A stretch of 64,000 nt of DNA from Botryllus schlosseri. Lineage: Eukaryota. Location of the stretch: assembly GCA_051294905.1 (NCBI GenBank), contig CM119371.1, forward strand, positions 20,028,001 through 20,092,000, given 5' to 3'. Shown in pieces: positions 1-14,787 of the stretch (position 1 is its first letter; every line of letters starts with the position of its first letter). Made by a program: the position numbers and the translations under genes. The notes under the pieces were generated by a model that saw only the letters and a program-made list of their open reading frames with translations, did no database searches and was not told the origin of the DNA.

Positions 1-23
1 TCAATTCACAAGACCAATAGAAT

Positions 24-2640
24 GTTGACGCATCGTGTTTCAAGAGACTGACAAGGCGGTTCAACGTGACCAGCTGACACGAAACTCAGTAATCGAGATT
101 TAATATGGTTACGAAGTATCACAACGCTACGAAATCAAGGCGAATAACAATACGGCAAATAACATTTTCATTTATTTCATTTCAGACTAAATTCGAGACC
201 AAGTTGCCGCAATTGGTTAATTCACCGCCAACGACACGATAATCTCGGCTGTACGACGTTTCGCATCTGTATTTTGGCTTATACTTGCCGGCTTTCATAG
301 CATAGCATAGCATACCTTAGCATTCATACCAAAGAACGACCCCTTGAAGGACGCATACAGAGAAAGAGAACGGAAGTGTCGAAGAAAGACGCCCGTCATG
401 GTGAGATACACCAAAGACGCTGATATGTCGGCATTACCACTACATAGCCAATATTTGTGGTAAGGGAGATAAATGTTAGATCGCTAGACGTGGTCGTTTC
501 AACACCTTCCTATGGGATGGTACACACTTGCGCGAATGACAAAAATGCAGTGCGGATTGCAAACGCGGTGCGAATGAGTGCGGATGAAAATGGTGTATAT
601 TTCTACCTTGGGTGACGTGGGATAACTCAAATATACCTAATATGACATTGGGTACAGTGGCTCTCCCATTTTGGTCAGTGCATAGAATGTGTAAAAACTT
701 GTTGGACGACGCATAGCTTTTACTTTAATTTTCTGTAGCACTATAGTCGGATTGAATTAATATTTGCGAACTATTAATATTAGGTAATAAAAAGTCTCAC
801 CATCGCAGCATTAGAATCTCGAGTAGAAAACCTCACAACCTAATATTTGGCTTAAGTGCACTATAGTTGACATAATAACGAGGAAAGGAGTTGTCTTCTT
901 AATTAGACACATGCTGACTCAATATTGGAAGATTTTGAACAAAAACTTACGCCAAACTGGCCGTAAATTGCGGGAAATGTTTAAACGTATTGAACATTTT
1001 ATTAAGAAAGCGTTACCTCTCCTAATTTTATTTTAATGTAATAATTTTCCGGAGGTATGTGCGGATGAAATTTTGCGGCAGGTTCTCGAAAATGTTGAAA
1101 AACACGGTTGTATTGTAAGCATGCGTTATAGCCAATATTCCCTTTAATTTTTCTAGAGTTTGTGAGCACTCACCTACTCACTGCGCGGTTCCTCGGGCAA
1201 CAGTGCGCAACTTAGATTTTCAGTGTGCAGAAACCGTGCCAGCACTGCGCAATTGCGCACGTTATAGCTGCAGCGAGACCGGTGAAACCGCGAGACCCAA
1301 CACCGAAAATATATATAATATATATTTTAGCTAAAGGCTCATTTCCATACTTCAGTTCAGAGCATATATATTTGAAAAGCTTTATGAAAATGAAATTTAC
1401 TATAGGTTGTGTCTGGGCACCAGTAGATTATGAGAAAAATTAATATTCTTAGTGTAGCATTCGCAGAACATAGTCTTCAAACTATCTATATTGCGTCGTC
1501 ACGAAAATTGGAGATGCTATTTTACTCTTGAGGGCCGATACCGATAATTCCTTCCAAGTTTGATATCGACGCGATATAATCGGCGAGCAGATAATCAAGT
1601 GGGCGATAGTTGGGACTCTGAATATGATGCGATTGGATATTATTTTTCAGGCCATTGCAGGATTAAAACTGTGGAGTCCTACACCCTTGCAATTCCGGTT
1701 AAGTTGGGTAAGCGAACTTTTCATGCTCTACACTAGTGGTTGTTAAATTTTTTTGACTACGACCGAAATCTAAGTTTAGTGGCATCCCGCTCATAGACGA
1801 AATAGAATGTTAATATGTTATGCTTTGCGGAAGGGGCGGGCAACATACGGCCCGAGGCAGGTAGATTTAATTCCCACGGAACAGCTCCTTACAAAATCCA
1901 ATACCATATTCCTGACCGAATACTACTAGGATTTCATGTATACGTTCAAGTGGTACTTTCAGTTCGAGGCTGGTTTTATAAATAAACAAGGCGGTCGTAA
2001 TGTAATTCCACATTTCTTGTTCGTGTCATCGTCGCGTTTGTGTCTGCATTTCTTTCGATAGTGGTTGGGAGAAAATCACATCGACACTATATATTCTTAT
2101 TTGGAATAGTGACAATCGTGACGGTAGCGCGAATGTAAAACGCATTTCATATATACAGTAGGCCTATACAGCACAGCAATAATGACGATAAGTTGGGTTC
2201 ATTACCAGGTCACCTAATAGCCTGCTGTTGATATAAGATGTGGTGCAGAGCTGTCAAGCAGTGACGAACTTTCATTTTGCTTTATGGGAAGATATTGTTG
2301 TACAGAAGTCTGATATCTTGTATGCATTATGTACATATGCTGGTCACATGACTGCCTGGTTATGGTTAAACGGCTTTTCGGTGCCATGAATGTACCTACC
2401 AGCATTTTTATAATGGTGTGTTTGCATGATATTCATGGTGTTTAGACTACATTGGTCATTTTACACCAGGCCGAAAATCCTTATTTTTCATTCCATATTT
2501 ACCGACTTGTAGCACGCCTTACTTGTAGGCTTTTTACAAGACAACGCTAATTTATTGGTGTGTGGTTACTGCCACTGGTTAGTTTACTGTTCATCACATC
2601 GATCTATTACATAAACAAGAATTACTCTGGTCTACACATA
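24..2640 (+). repeat. Old dispersed repeat or duplication, copy 1 (runs off the window start)
   Basis: Colinear similarity to 52226-56790, e.g. CACCGCCAACGACACGATAATCTCGGCTGTA and AAGTGCACTATAGTTGAC occur in both. Confidence 0.85.
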
Positions 2641-5352
2641 TTTTAGGCACCAAAGGTAAGAGTGCTGTTGGGGGTTGTAAAGGGCACTGATTCCGAATAT
2701 GACCTTGGTTTTCAACTTGGTTCTATTTTTGGAGATAATCCATGGAGATATTTGACTAAAATCTCACATTTTCGATGTATAGGCTAAATAAAACATCGGT
2801 TCAGTCTCACTATAAAGTTCAGAAAGTAAACCTCGATCTACTTGTTATTTTGACACGCTGAAGACTGTTTTCAATCAAATGAGTCAGTATTTATTCTGAA
2901 TAGAGAAACGAAGAAGTTAATTAGTCGGTGTGCGCGACGTTATTAGTTTCATTTTATTCCGTAGACTCTGACTGACCGCTATTAAACAGTAGGCCTACTT
3001 CCGAAATTAGTCAACCCCCACCAAGAATATCGTCGCGGATATGCACTTTTTTTCTACTGCGGCATTTATGATTCTTATATGCAAGTTATTAGCTACACTG
3101 TCGCCCTGGTTTGAGATCGCACAGGACATTCATTATTAGATCAGGTTCATGGGGAAAACACATGATCAGTTGTTGATGCATTCTTCATCGCAGCTTATCG
3201 TCTGAAGCTTTTGACAAACTAGTAAACAACCAACGAACTACTGCCACATCATTGTATACTGGTTTGCAGTGGCAAGCTTTTCAATAACCATCTATTATTT
3301 ACGTCGATAGTCAAATAGTCGATAGGTATATTGCATGAGTTACGATATGAAAGACTCAATAAGTAACGCTTGTACGAAGATACTGAGAAATGCAGTGGTA
3401 TTCTCGATTACCTAATTCCAGTTTACTGACAATTTCCCTACTGACACAGTCTAATTTCGCCCCGATCGCGAGCATAACTAAATTCCCCTTGAGCAATCAA
3501 TCTACTAAGCAACGACGTGACGTCCACACTATTCAATGGCGTCACTGCAAGAGGCAACAGTTGTCGCAAGATGTGCAGGGCTTGATAAAACTCGCAGTAC
3601 TGCAACGCCAACTCATGATATAAAAGTATCGATCGGGCAATTGTTGAATAAGCAACTTCCTCAGTGCCCAATTGTATTGTTAAAACGCAGAGTGATTAAC
3701 ATATATCTCATATTGTCCTATAGGCCCGTCTTAGAACAAAGTATGCTTATTCACGCAAATGTTGTACTCTAATGAACTAGAACACAGTATTAACTAATAA
3801 TCTTGTTGCCGGTTCTGTGTACGCGACCACGTTGGACTTCCCGTTACCAAATATACGCGTCAAAATCAAATCAAATAAACGTTGTTCATGATGACTCACG
3901 ATAGAATAACTGACCAAAAATAATATTACAAAATCTTTGATACAATCAAATAGTATAAGATGAACAGACATTACACATCTAAGCGAAATACAAAACAATA
4001 TGAGGCTATAATTAATATACGACAAATGGTGCTCCGTTCCAAACCAAACGTGCTGTTTCATCTGAAGTACACGCATGTAGTGACAGATGGGAATCGCCTA
4101 ACCAAGCATTCGTACAATACTGAACAAAGAAGCTCGTGCGCCGGCACACTCCGTGCAAAGCAAAATTCGGCAGCAACAGCCAGCAATTAATAAGTTTCGT
4201 TTTGGACAATTTGGACAATCTGCGTATACGATACGGGTTTCTAATTCGCGTTTGTTTTCTTCTGAAGATGCTGCAGGAGCGCTGTATGGTGCGCCAGGAG
4301 CCAAGCTTGGGTTACAGACTGTGGTGTATCAGTCCCTTTTGACCACTAGTGGGTATTTATACTGATTGCTTCTGATTACCTTCACGTCGGGACTATTCAT
4401 TTCATTCGTACTAGTTGGGTGTGGCGTCGCTTCTGTTAATTGTACCAACGTTAACTCCGTATTATTGCCATGTTGTATCGAGATACACTAGCTTACTTTT
4501 ATGTTAATGAAAGCCTAGGAACCGATCGTATTGAATTCTATCGAAGGGTACAACACAGACATTTGCCATACTCGAGCTTATGAAAACGAGCTCAAATTTG
4601 ATATGAATGGAAGAGAATTAAATTACCGCGTTTTTTTTGCGAATTCAGTAATTTAAATCAGACTAATCTAATTTGGAAAAAGTGTCTATCCATATGCTAA
4701 TTCTAATTTAACGGGAAAAGCTGAATATTTCCTATATGAATAACTGTGCACGATATCCACCGGGATATCAACCGCTTCAATGACGCCATAATTGAGCAGT
4801 TACGACCACCTAATGCGATCCAACTTCTTGGAAGAAGTCATTTTATATTAACCGAGAACCATTTAGCGACATCTGAGTCAATTCTCGATTTCTTTCATCG
4901 GAAGATCCCAGATAACGTATTATATTTCAACTCCATATCATAATTCCCGGTACAGCCTTGCTTTTAGAAAGATGACTCGAGTCAAGTCAAGTAACCAAAA
5001 AATCGCGACTCGAGTCATTACAACCCGTAAAGAAATGCAATAACCGTCATCACACAACTAAGACCACATTTTATACGCGGACCGGCGGCTGTCAATCTGT
5101 AATCGGAACAGACAATCAACGAACGTGAATTTTCACTCGTAGCATTTAATCACGTGCTCGAGTAATGAAGTAGGCTATATCTCTCGATGTGTCAAAATCA
5201 GTGGTTGATCTTCCTTTATTAATTTCAAACTTAGAAGTTTCTTTGCTGATGAAGGAAATTGTTGAAGGCAGCAGAGTCGATTAATTAGACACTCTCAGCT
5301 ATTCCAATTTAGATTGGAATTCGAAATATCGAGAGACAGTTTATTCCAAATT

Positions 5353-8300
5353 AAGGGTGGATTGCACAGATGTCGATTAATCCCTAATCGCCGAATAAAC
5401 GTCAGTAATCGGCTGGCTTCCGTGGCACAGATACAGATGTCGATTAATCCCTAATCGCCGATTAAACGTCAGTAATCGGCTGGCTTCCGTGGCACAGATA
5501 CAGATGTCGATTAATCCCTAATCGCCGATTAAACGTCAGTAATCGGCTGGCTTCCGTGGCACAGATACCGATCTGCCACTAATCGGTGAATTTTACTTCG
5601 CCAAATGTTATCCGCCGAGCGAGGTGTCTAGAAAGTTAATCGGCTGTGTGCTTCGCGTTGACTGCGGTCCGGGCTGGCTATAGGTACACTAGTATTTGGT
5701 ATTGAGATGGTGTTAACTGGATGTTCTGACGCGCAGTTGCGGTATTAGCTGAAAATATTGTACTCAGACACTACTACAACTGTTGGCGCATATTATCGGC
5801 GTGGGCCTACCACAGCCGATAGTAACTTATGCTATGATTATTGGCATGACATTTTTTACAGACTGTAGCCTACACTGTACAGAATTCGATAGTATACTTT
5901 GGAAATAAAATACGAGGACGGAAAATGGCAACAGACAGGAAAAGTTTAGAATAATTGAATTGATAGAAGAATATATTGAAACCAAGGAAGATAAAAAGAC
6001 TGATGGAAAAACAAAAAGATGCGGCCTGAGATGTAATCAGTAGGAAATATGCAGCTATGAATACTGGTCCTGCGCGTGCAGCCGTACAACTGGCCAAATC
6101 TAGAATGTATTGAAAAATTTGAAACGAAAAGCAAAAAAGATATATGCATCACGACGCGTCGAACGGCCCGGACCTCCAGTTGACGAACTCCTTGGAAAAG
6201 GTTTTCAATAGGTAATTTTACTGGCAGTTCTTTAAAATTCGCAGTAAGAGATGTATTGTTTTCATCTGTGTTTATCGTGACTCTCTGCGTGCTTCATACT
6301 CACGTTTTCACGCTCGTTTTGAACTGAATAGACAAATTTTGATGATCATGAAAAACATTTTTGTAATGCCCAACAAACTAACCATATCCAGAGACTTTTG
6401 CACGTCATCAGCTATACGAAAACGACACATGGGGAACACTGCTCGGCAAATTCCTAATCTGAACCACTCCTTGATCAATCTGCAATTGATTTTTATAGCA
6501 CTGGTATATTTATTATCACTTTTCAGACCTTATTCCATCTCAAATTGAATGTTTGAAACATCGGTATGACTACGATTGCGTATTCGATAGTCACACGAAC
6601 AATGGTGAGTGCATTTAGGACATAAACTTTTTTAATATGTTACAACCAACGGCAGAGGAACTTGCATCCAATTTTAACTTGCAACAGTCTGGCTTTGCTA
6701 CTGTGCAGTGCAGGTGATTGAGCAGTATCGTTGGCCATATTATTGTTAGGCTTGCAACTTGACTTGAAGATTTGACTTCGAGTCAGGATTTCTCATACTG
6801 TATGTCATATTGAAGCAGTGACTCCAGTCAAATCCATTCATCCTATTCCAACTCGAGTCAAGTCATGATTTTAGTCATCCATCCTTCCTATGTTTCGCGA
6901 GGTTAAGATAAACCGTGATAAAATAATTTGAAAGTAACTTTTCTAATGTATTTCTAACTAAAATTTTCAAATAAAATGTTTATTCAGATGCATATTCTAA
7001 AGATTCAGTTTGCACCTTCATCATCGACGAGGATGTGAACGCAGAGGCTGGTTCTTCAGCAATATATTTCTAACTTAATTTCTGGTTTTGCTGAAAATTC
7101 TACAGTAGAACTCTACAATACTAAGCGAGTTGTGCAGATTCAATTTCCAAATTTTCACATATTCAGTAATCCCTATTCCGATTTAATTGAAAAATAACCA
7201 CCGTGTCTATAATTCTATTCTAATTTGTAAAAATATGCATCCATAATTATCATCATAGTCTAATTTTGAAAAGCTGATTTTCTAGTTGTCCAATTCTGAC
7301 TACAGCATAGGCTACTGGATCTCGTAATAAAAATAATTGACGAGGAATTGAATGTGTGGTTATTGTGTTTAAACACGAGATGAAATACTCAAGACATTCC
7401 AGAGAAGTGATTTTGAACAATCTGTCTGCGCTGAAGTCGTGCTCGGTTGTGCCGTCACGTTATCGGTGTCGCTAACCTCCAGGGTATATTCCAATGAATT
7501 GATTTGCTCTGTCTTTGACCAATCTAATGGCACTCTCTCTTCTGCTAGGCTCTCTAACATCTGGAGGGTAGCAAGAACATCGAGGTATGGATCCATTGTT
7601 ATTCTCAGTCGATATTGCACTATATTAATGTAGCTCTCTATAAAACAGGTTGTATTGAATTTTATGGTTGACCAAATTCTTGATAAACTGAAGTGGGGTT
7701 TGGCTGTCAACAAACAAGATTACTCGAATGGGTAACAGCAGATAACTTTGCATTGCAAAATTGTAACATAAATGTATTACAGCACTTGAGCACATGTATG
7801 CATATGACTTATTATATGATAACATCGTCACATTGCACAACAGTTAGATCCTTGCAATGGCTGAAATTTACTTCTACACTCCTGCAGAGTCAATTGTCAT
7901 AGGTTTGGAGAAATCAAAATCGTATGCAAATGTGTGTGCATGAACTCAATTTGTATATAATCACATTGGTGAAGCGGCTATCATGACTAATGCATCAATA
8001 AACGGAAAATAAAATTATATCTGAAAGTATCTATCTAGTTCTAGATATCCCTGAGTAATGAGATAAATGTCCTGCAATATACGAAATTTGCAGTAGAGTT
8101 TCTGGCACAGCAATACCGGTATAAGACGATGATTTTGGTACGCTATTCCTACAATACCTCTTTTCATAACCTCAAAACGTCTGTTCTGACGGGTTCTGAC
8201 GTTCATAACCATACACTGTGCAGTAGCAACAGTTTAGTTAGCTGCTATACGCACATGACATCAACTAAACATTCATATCTATGAAGAGCGCATCTCTCCC

Positions 8301-8520
8301 TTATGACGACACAGTTCATATCGCCACCGACCGAAAACAGCTGATTGCTAACGTACGTCATTTGCGTCGATTTGCGTCAGTAATCCGCGATAAGATAACT
8401 CACATGCGAATCCGTATCTGTACCGCAGAGTCACCAGGTGACCTTGCTCGCTGATTAAATTATCGCTGATTAAGGCAATCGGTGATTACTTTTCAATCGG
8501 CATCTGTGCAATCCACCCTA
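5353..8520. mobile_element. Non-autonomous TIR DNA element, about 3.2 kb, TTAA/AATT-type target (Kolobok- or Sola-like, unresolved)
   Basis: TIR AGGGTGGATTGCACAGATG at 5354 and CATCTGTGCAATCCACCCT ending at 8519. Subterminal AATCGG/CGATT repeats at both ends. Confidence 0.7.
5366..5568 (+). repeat. Tandem repeat, 67-bp unit x3
   Basis: Units start at 5366, 5433 and 5500 (ACAGATGTCGATTAATCCCTAATCGCCG...CCGTGGCACAGAT) and are near-identical. Confidence 0.95.
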
Positions 8521-9196
8521 AATTACAATTAAAGGTATCGAAATCCTGGACGTTGAATTGAATACCTGATTAGAAGAAATACAACAGAAATGAACTCTGC
8601 TTATATCAAGTCAGAGCTCATCCTCATATAACCACGAGAATGACAAACGTCTGTTGACGAAGCTTGGCTCGTTTCGCACTCTACAGTTTTTAGGTATTTT
8701 TAGGAAAACGGGTAATTGGTATGAAAATAAAATAAGAGCGTAGAAAGATTTCGCAAATAAGATAAGATGTTGATCACCGGCATTTCGCTCTAGTTATAGT
8801 CCTCTTGCCCAACTGGAGTTACATGTTATCCAACTGTCAAAGGCGAACCGTTTTGTGCTTTCAAGGTGAAATGACTGGTTCATACGTGACTACAACACAC
8901 CGCTTGTTTCGGAATATTTGGCAGTCTGCTGGTGGTGATAGGATACGCCCTACCGGCCTACGGTATCTGGCCGGCAAGCTCGGTGATGGCATCGACCGCT
9001 CCGCGTGTAACTACAAGACATAATTTACGTGTCTTCTCTACCCTTTTTATTGTTCGTGGACGTCCTCCGGGCAATAAAACTGGTTACATTGATGTTAGGC
9101 ATGTCACAGCTTTGAGATAGACTAGAAAGCAACTAGCAACTAGCAACTAGCAACGAGGGCCGAGAAAACCTTGCTTCCATCCGTGTGTTAGCACCG

Positions 9197-9607
9197 TAGT
9201 GCGGAGCGGATCGATATAATATCTGGACTAACTCCGATCCTGTTTTTAAATTCTCTGGTCAGGCTCCGATCCTGCTCCGGCCATATCAGGAGAAGTCCGG
9301 TCGGATATCCGATCCGGGTCCGGTCCTTGCTCCGCCCTTAACGGTACGGTGGCTCCTTGAATTTATAATATCGGTCGTTCATTTTCGAACTGGCTTGGCG
9401 TTTACTTGTGTGTGGTAGTTATTTAGTTACAAAAGTCATGCTTATCGATAAAGATTCTAGCCGGATAAAATTAGTGATCCGGCTACGATCCAGCTCCGAC
9501 TCCGACCGTATCAGAAAAAGTACTCATCCGGCTCCGATCTGGCTCCGGCCGAAATTGTAAAAATCCGGCCGGCTATCCAATCCGGCTCCGGTCCATGATC
9601 CGCACTA
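9197..9607. mobile_element. MITE with TCCGG/CTCCGATC subterminal repeats
   Basis: TIR TAGTGCGGA...TCCGCACTA. TSD not discernible. Confidence 0.6.
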
Positions 9608-12339
9608 TTAGAAAAGCGCTCAGCCTCGTTCATCCAGATCGCTTGTCAATGTGGACATGTTTCGTCAACAGGTGACTTACCACCATATGTTTTTTTATTC
9701 TTTTGAGGCAGTCTGCTTGTAACGATATCAGATGACCTGATGAACGGCACTTATTTTAAATGTGGGATCATTTAAGGTGTCGCATTTTCTCTTCTCGGCT
9801 GTTCCTCGGCACTATAAAGACTATAAAAGTATTTACGTAGATGCTGCGGTTCAGATCTTAAGATGGACGAGAACGCAACTATAGTAGTAGGTTCATGATG
9901 CGCAAAGAGAGATGGGTTACAACAGTGGTCACTAATCGGTGTTCTATGGAAATTAAGGGTTACGTGAGTTAGCCTCGGAGTCCCGCTAAATGTAAAGATA
10001 CCTATACTCAACTCACACATATGATTTGTGATGATACGCCCGTCTTGGCCATCATGGTTTGCTTGCATTTATAGGTCCGATTAGTAGTCGAATTGTGATT
10101 GCTGTGTTGGTATGTTGTGTACAGATACTTAGGCAGAGTACGTTATAGTTCGAAATCGAAATACCGCCCTTCTGAAATGGCAATTCTAACTCGAATACTT
10201 ATAAGCCCATTTGCAATTATGTAATTGATATCGTCTTGTTGAGTTTCAACTGAACAGTACGATGACACCTTCCAAGGTGAATCCTCGCATCTAAGAACGG
10301 GTAACAGGGTACCGATAAAGGAAACAGGAAATGCACGCTGATTTGCAATAAATGTCAATTATAATGTATTAGTTTTCCGTTAAATAATTTTATATGGCAG
10401 TAATGATCTTTTAACAATCAGTTGATGCAAAGTTCAATGTGTGCACAAGTAATCTCTGCTAATGCATTACATTTGTAGTTAGAAATATTTGGTACCGATT
10501 TTAGTCTAACATGTCAAAATTTTGGGGTTCCGCGAAGACTTGTATAGATTATCGTAGGTCTTACACCGCTTAGTGAACATTAAAAAGCACTGGGTTATAG
10601 ACTTTGGTTGAAACTGGGCTGGTTTCTGTTCCGTACACTATATGTGTAATCCGTCTATCCTAAACTAAGGCAGTATATGCTAGCGCGACTCTTGTTTCCT
10701 CAACCACGCCAGTGTCATTACACACTATCTGCTTATAATTTGATGGTATTCGCTGTCACTTTGAAGTGAAAAATCGGAGTCACGAACTACGTATTTGGTT
10801 GCCGACGACAGAGCACTAACAGTGCGTCGCCTACCGCATGGTTCGCTTTAAATTTTGATAGAAAGGTTCCATAACCGTAATCTTCGACTCACGACATATA
10901 ACCTCTTTGATTTGCCTGAACTATTTACGTCAGTCACCGAGTTATCAATTTCATGTAATAGATTCCGGTAACTCTGTGATCCGTATTGTCAGCGCCGAAT
11001 TCACTTCCAAGGTATTTTGTAACATAGAGTAATCACAGAAGGTGGCGCATACTAATTTCAATTTGACTCTATTGCTGAAATTCTAAAAAAATATCAATCA
11101 TATTCAATCACGATTCGAAGGGCATCGGGCCATTCAAATCAGGGCATCTTTGAGTCAGAAGTCATCCGACAGTGCGACCACGAATTCTTCGTGAACTATT
11201 ATATTCTGCATGTAACCTTCATATGATGGATTCACATTGATGTATTTGTTTCTATGAATATCTGTATTAACTTGTTGGTCCATTCTTCAGAAAACTTTGA
11301 CCTCAGTGTACCTTGCTTTCTCGGAATTTGGTGTCAATATCAATGACTTGATCCCTAATGGTGACCTAAGTGAAGCCGTCATTCTGCCGTTGGATGGCTA
11401 TAATGTGGCCTGTGAAAATGCCCAAGATTAGCTGTTTCGAGAGATTATTTATTGAAAGTATTTCTTATCAAAAATCTTAATATTAGTTAGAATATGCTGG
11501 ATAATCCAATCATTTTCAAACTACTCAAATTACGTCGCGGGCGGCATGAAATCGCTTGGACGTTTGTTTGACACCCATGCACTAGATAAAGTTCATATAT
11601 GTAGCCAGTGGTGACTTTTGAGGTGGGCGAGGTGGGTGGTCGACCGTCCTCCCTGGTTGAACCCCCCAATTTTGTTTTAGAGATTTTTTTCAAGGGTTAG
11701 AGCGAATAGACGTGGAAATTTGAGCACCTACCAAGAAAATGATTCCGTTCAGATGGGTCAATCATCAAATATCTCCATTTGTTAGAAAATAAGTCACATA
11801 TTCCGATAATCACCAAGTCTCTGTATGCGGTAGAGGTATAATTAATTTTGATGCAGTCTTTCCTGGTAACCATGCAATAATAGACATGACCAGCGCCTGG
11901 CTCAGAGCGTTCTATTTGGCCTGCAGCAGTTGTATCGAAATTCTATTTCGGCCTGCTTCAAAGTCGCGTAATAGTGTTATATACGCATCACATATCATCG
12001 TCCGATATGGCGCACTAGCTTTAAGTTGGTATGCGAAAGGGGGGTTTGGCTGCGAATACATACTAATACGACGACCCCCCTCCCAAGCCTCAGCCCCAGC
12101 AATCGTAGGGCCGCCAATGCATGTAGCTATGAACACAATATGTCAGCGCGACCCAGGTAACTCAAATTATTTGTTGTTTAGAGCAAATTAGCCTATATTG
12201 AGGACTGAAGCCACACGCCATATATGACTTATGCGCTATTCTTGTTCAGTCACCTTAGGATCTATGTTGTGCGTAAAGGAGACATATTCCATCATCTCAG
12301 CATTTTTGCATTTTGTATTCAGTAGCTTGTGGATTAGAA

Positions 12340-12397
12340 ATGAAGATTGCATTTCTTTGCCTCGTGATTTACGCTTACATCGTCAATGCATCTGATC
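12340..12397 (+). CDS. C-type lectin-domain protein, coding exon 1 (signal peptide MKIAFLCLVIYAYIVNASD)
   Basis: ATG followed by 19 codons of signal-peptide-like sequence plus 1 nt, then donor GTAAGT at 12398. Phase 1 matches exon 2. Confidence 0.8.
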
Positions 12398-13579
12398 GTA
12401 AGTATTTTGCGTAATGTTTCATGATACATTCGCACTCTAATTCTTGTTTAAACAGACGGCGGTAAGGACCCGATAGCGCAGCAAGTAAGTCGGTGCACTA
12501 TTACGTTATCATGTCCCGGCATTGAAGTTGGCCATTTTTCATCATTTTCAAACCGAACCCTAAAGTTATCGGCTCCAAACCTTCCTTTTTCAGACAGTGC
12601 TTGACGGGTATCACGACAGCGGCAGCAACCAAGCCTACTATGGACCTGTCTACAGACAGCCCCAACCTTCATACCTGCCTCGACCCAATCGAAACAGCTT
12701 CGACCTCTGGAATCCCTTCACTCTATACTTCTTAATCAGTAAGTAGTCGAATTCTAATGTGACAGTGAAGGCACTTCGAATGTATTCATTATATATTCGC
12801 ACGCTGAGCTAGCTCCATGTAATATCATTTGCCATTTAGGCTCTGGCGTTAGACTTGTACGTAGGGCTGTAGGTAAAAGAATGGCGCTTTAAAACACCTT
12901 GTTCAAAACATATTTTATACATTGTCTTCAAAAAATGCGTCTATATAAATTATGTGTTTTTTCATACGTTTTATGATTCTGCCCTAAATGTGTACTTGTA
13001 TATACTTTGAACCAGTGGTTCCCAACCTGTTTTGGTGTCGGAGCCGCACGAATGCACCAATCAGGTATAACAAAATGATAAAGCATTGAAGCATATACCA
13101 ACGAATAACAACACTAACAAGTACTATACAAATCAATTTAATGTCCAGCTTGGCATTGGGTGTGAGCTTCAAGAAATGTGTCAAAGCAAGGCGCAATAGG
13201 AGAGAAAGCAGTACGCACTAGCTGCTTGAGGTGTTCATCGGTCAATCGATGGCGATATTGATTTTCGATACTGACCATTTTGCTAAAAAGTGCTTCACAT
13301 CCATACGTTGATCATAATTAAGAATTGTTTTTCTGGGCATTGGTTATCGATTGGGAATCACTGCTTCAGACAATACACGTAGCATTAGCCCGCGCGGACA
13401 ATGGTCACCCGATAGTCGACGTATAGCCTACTATAAGGAATTGTTGAAACCCTCGAAATCGCAATAGGTGCAACAGTTAAGCTATACCACGTATAGATAT
13501 AAATCATTGGTACGGAATGGATGTTCTGAGGATGATGAGCGGCTACCGTAAAAATGCGGCATAATGATGTTGTCATGAT

Positions 13580-13760
13580 CGAGGATATTTTCGGTCCGCT
13601 TATGACAGGGGTTTTATAAGTCTTCCATCACCCCTCCACGCTATCCCGGAAATGGTGTGAGCCAAGCCGTGGATGATAGCAGTTGTAATGATTATGTCTT
13701 TGCTCGACACGGACAGGGATTGAACCCACAACCTACCGTCTCACTACACCAGTACGCTAT
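13580..13760 (-). mobile_element. Possible tRNA-derived SINE fragment in lectin intron 1
   Basis: Minus strand has a Pol III B-box-like GTGGGTTCAATCCC preceded by a TGGTGTAGTG A-box-like motif. No full cloverleaf. Confidence 0.35.
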
Positions 13761-13830
13761 ATTGTCGGACAAGCTGATATCGTAGACATATTTCTGGCAA
13801 ATAAATGCATTCATGATATATTTATTTCAG

Positions 13831-13901
13831 TGTTATGCATGTCGGCCCAAACTACACCCGCCTTACCAACCACCACGATGGCAATGACCACAGCAACACC
13901 A
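13831..13901 (+). CDS. C-type lectin-domain protein, exon 2 (Thr/Pro-rich linker LLCMSAQTTPALPTTTMAMTTATP)
   Basis: Acceptor tttatttcAG, donor GTAAGA. 71 nt, phase 1 in and phase 0 out, joining exons 1 and 3 in frame. Confidence 0.8.
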
Positions 13902-14233
13902 GTAAGATTATATTCGTATTTTCTCCCCTATCTTTGACTTGTCGATCCGGCCCGTGATAGCCTATCCACCATATGCGAACTCTAATAACTACCGTTTGAT
14001 CGGCTAATTCAAGGTTAAGCGGTGTCTAGATCGAAAAGTGCTCTAGAAGTAGTAATGTGTAATAATGTGGTTTTATATGAAGACACTAACACTTGCAGCC
14101 TGATCGTGGAAATAACTGTTAAATCTCAAATTGTTTCTGGAAGAGTAATACAAACGTCAATGTTGCGTTACGCCACGAAGGTTCTGTGTCTCATATAATG
14201 TTAAATTTAAGATGAAAATGTTAATATTACAGC

Positions 14234-14742
14234 TAGGGCTGGGCGAAATCGAGTTCCTGAGTGATTCGATTTTGAATCACGTAATATGCTTCGAGTCGAG
14301 TCGGGTTGTCGAGTATCACACATTATTAGGTACTTACAGAATGTAACATGTCAAAGTTCAAATATGTACCTTTTCCGTGACCACAACGAATATTACAAAA
14401 TCACATTAAATACACTTTGGTATTTTTTCGACCATACCGATTTCATTGCACTTGGGGACAATGTTGTGGGATGATCATAACCTCGGAAATGTGCTATTTC
14501 CAGTAACGTTGCTAGCTTTGTGCTAGATGTTTCGTATACTGCGATACGGCCAATCAAGGTTTCAAGGCTTCAACGGTGAAAATTAGTATTAAAACTATAA
14601 TTCTCGCTGACAAATTTACTTTCAGTGGCGAGGAGCGTATAATTTCAGTATTCGAAAAAATTGTATTTTACTACTCGACTCGAATCATTAAAACTAATAC
14701 TCGATTCGGATTCGAGTACTCGAATCATTGTGCCCAGCCATA
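14234..14742. mobile_element. hAT-like MITE
   Basis: TIR TAGGGCTGGGC...GCCCAGCCATA with TCGAG/TCGAA subterminal repeats. TSD degraded. Confidence 0.6.
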
Positions 14743-14787
14743 ATTAAAATCCGACCAAACATTTTAGTTTAGTTCATGACCAACAAC

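Noticed and set aside
5366..5568. 67-bp periodic repeat as a CRISPR array
   Set aside because: Units are identical along their whole length with no unique spacers, there are no cas genes, and the context is eukaryotic.
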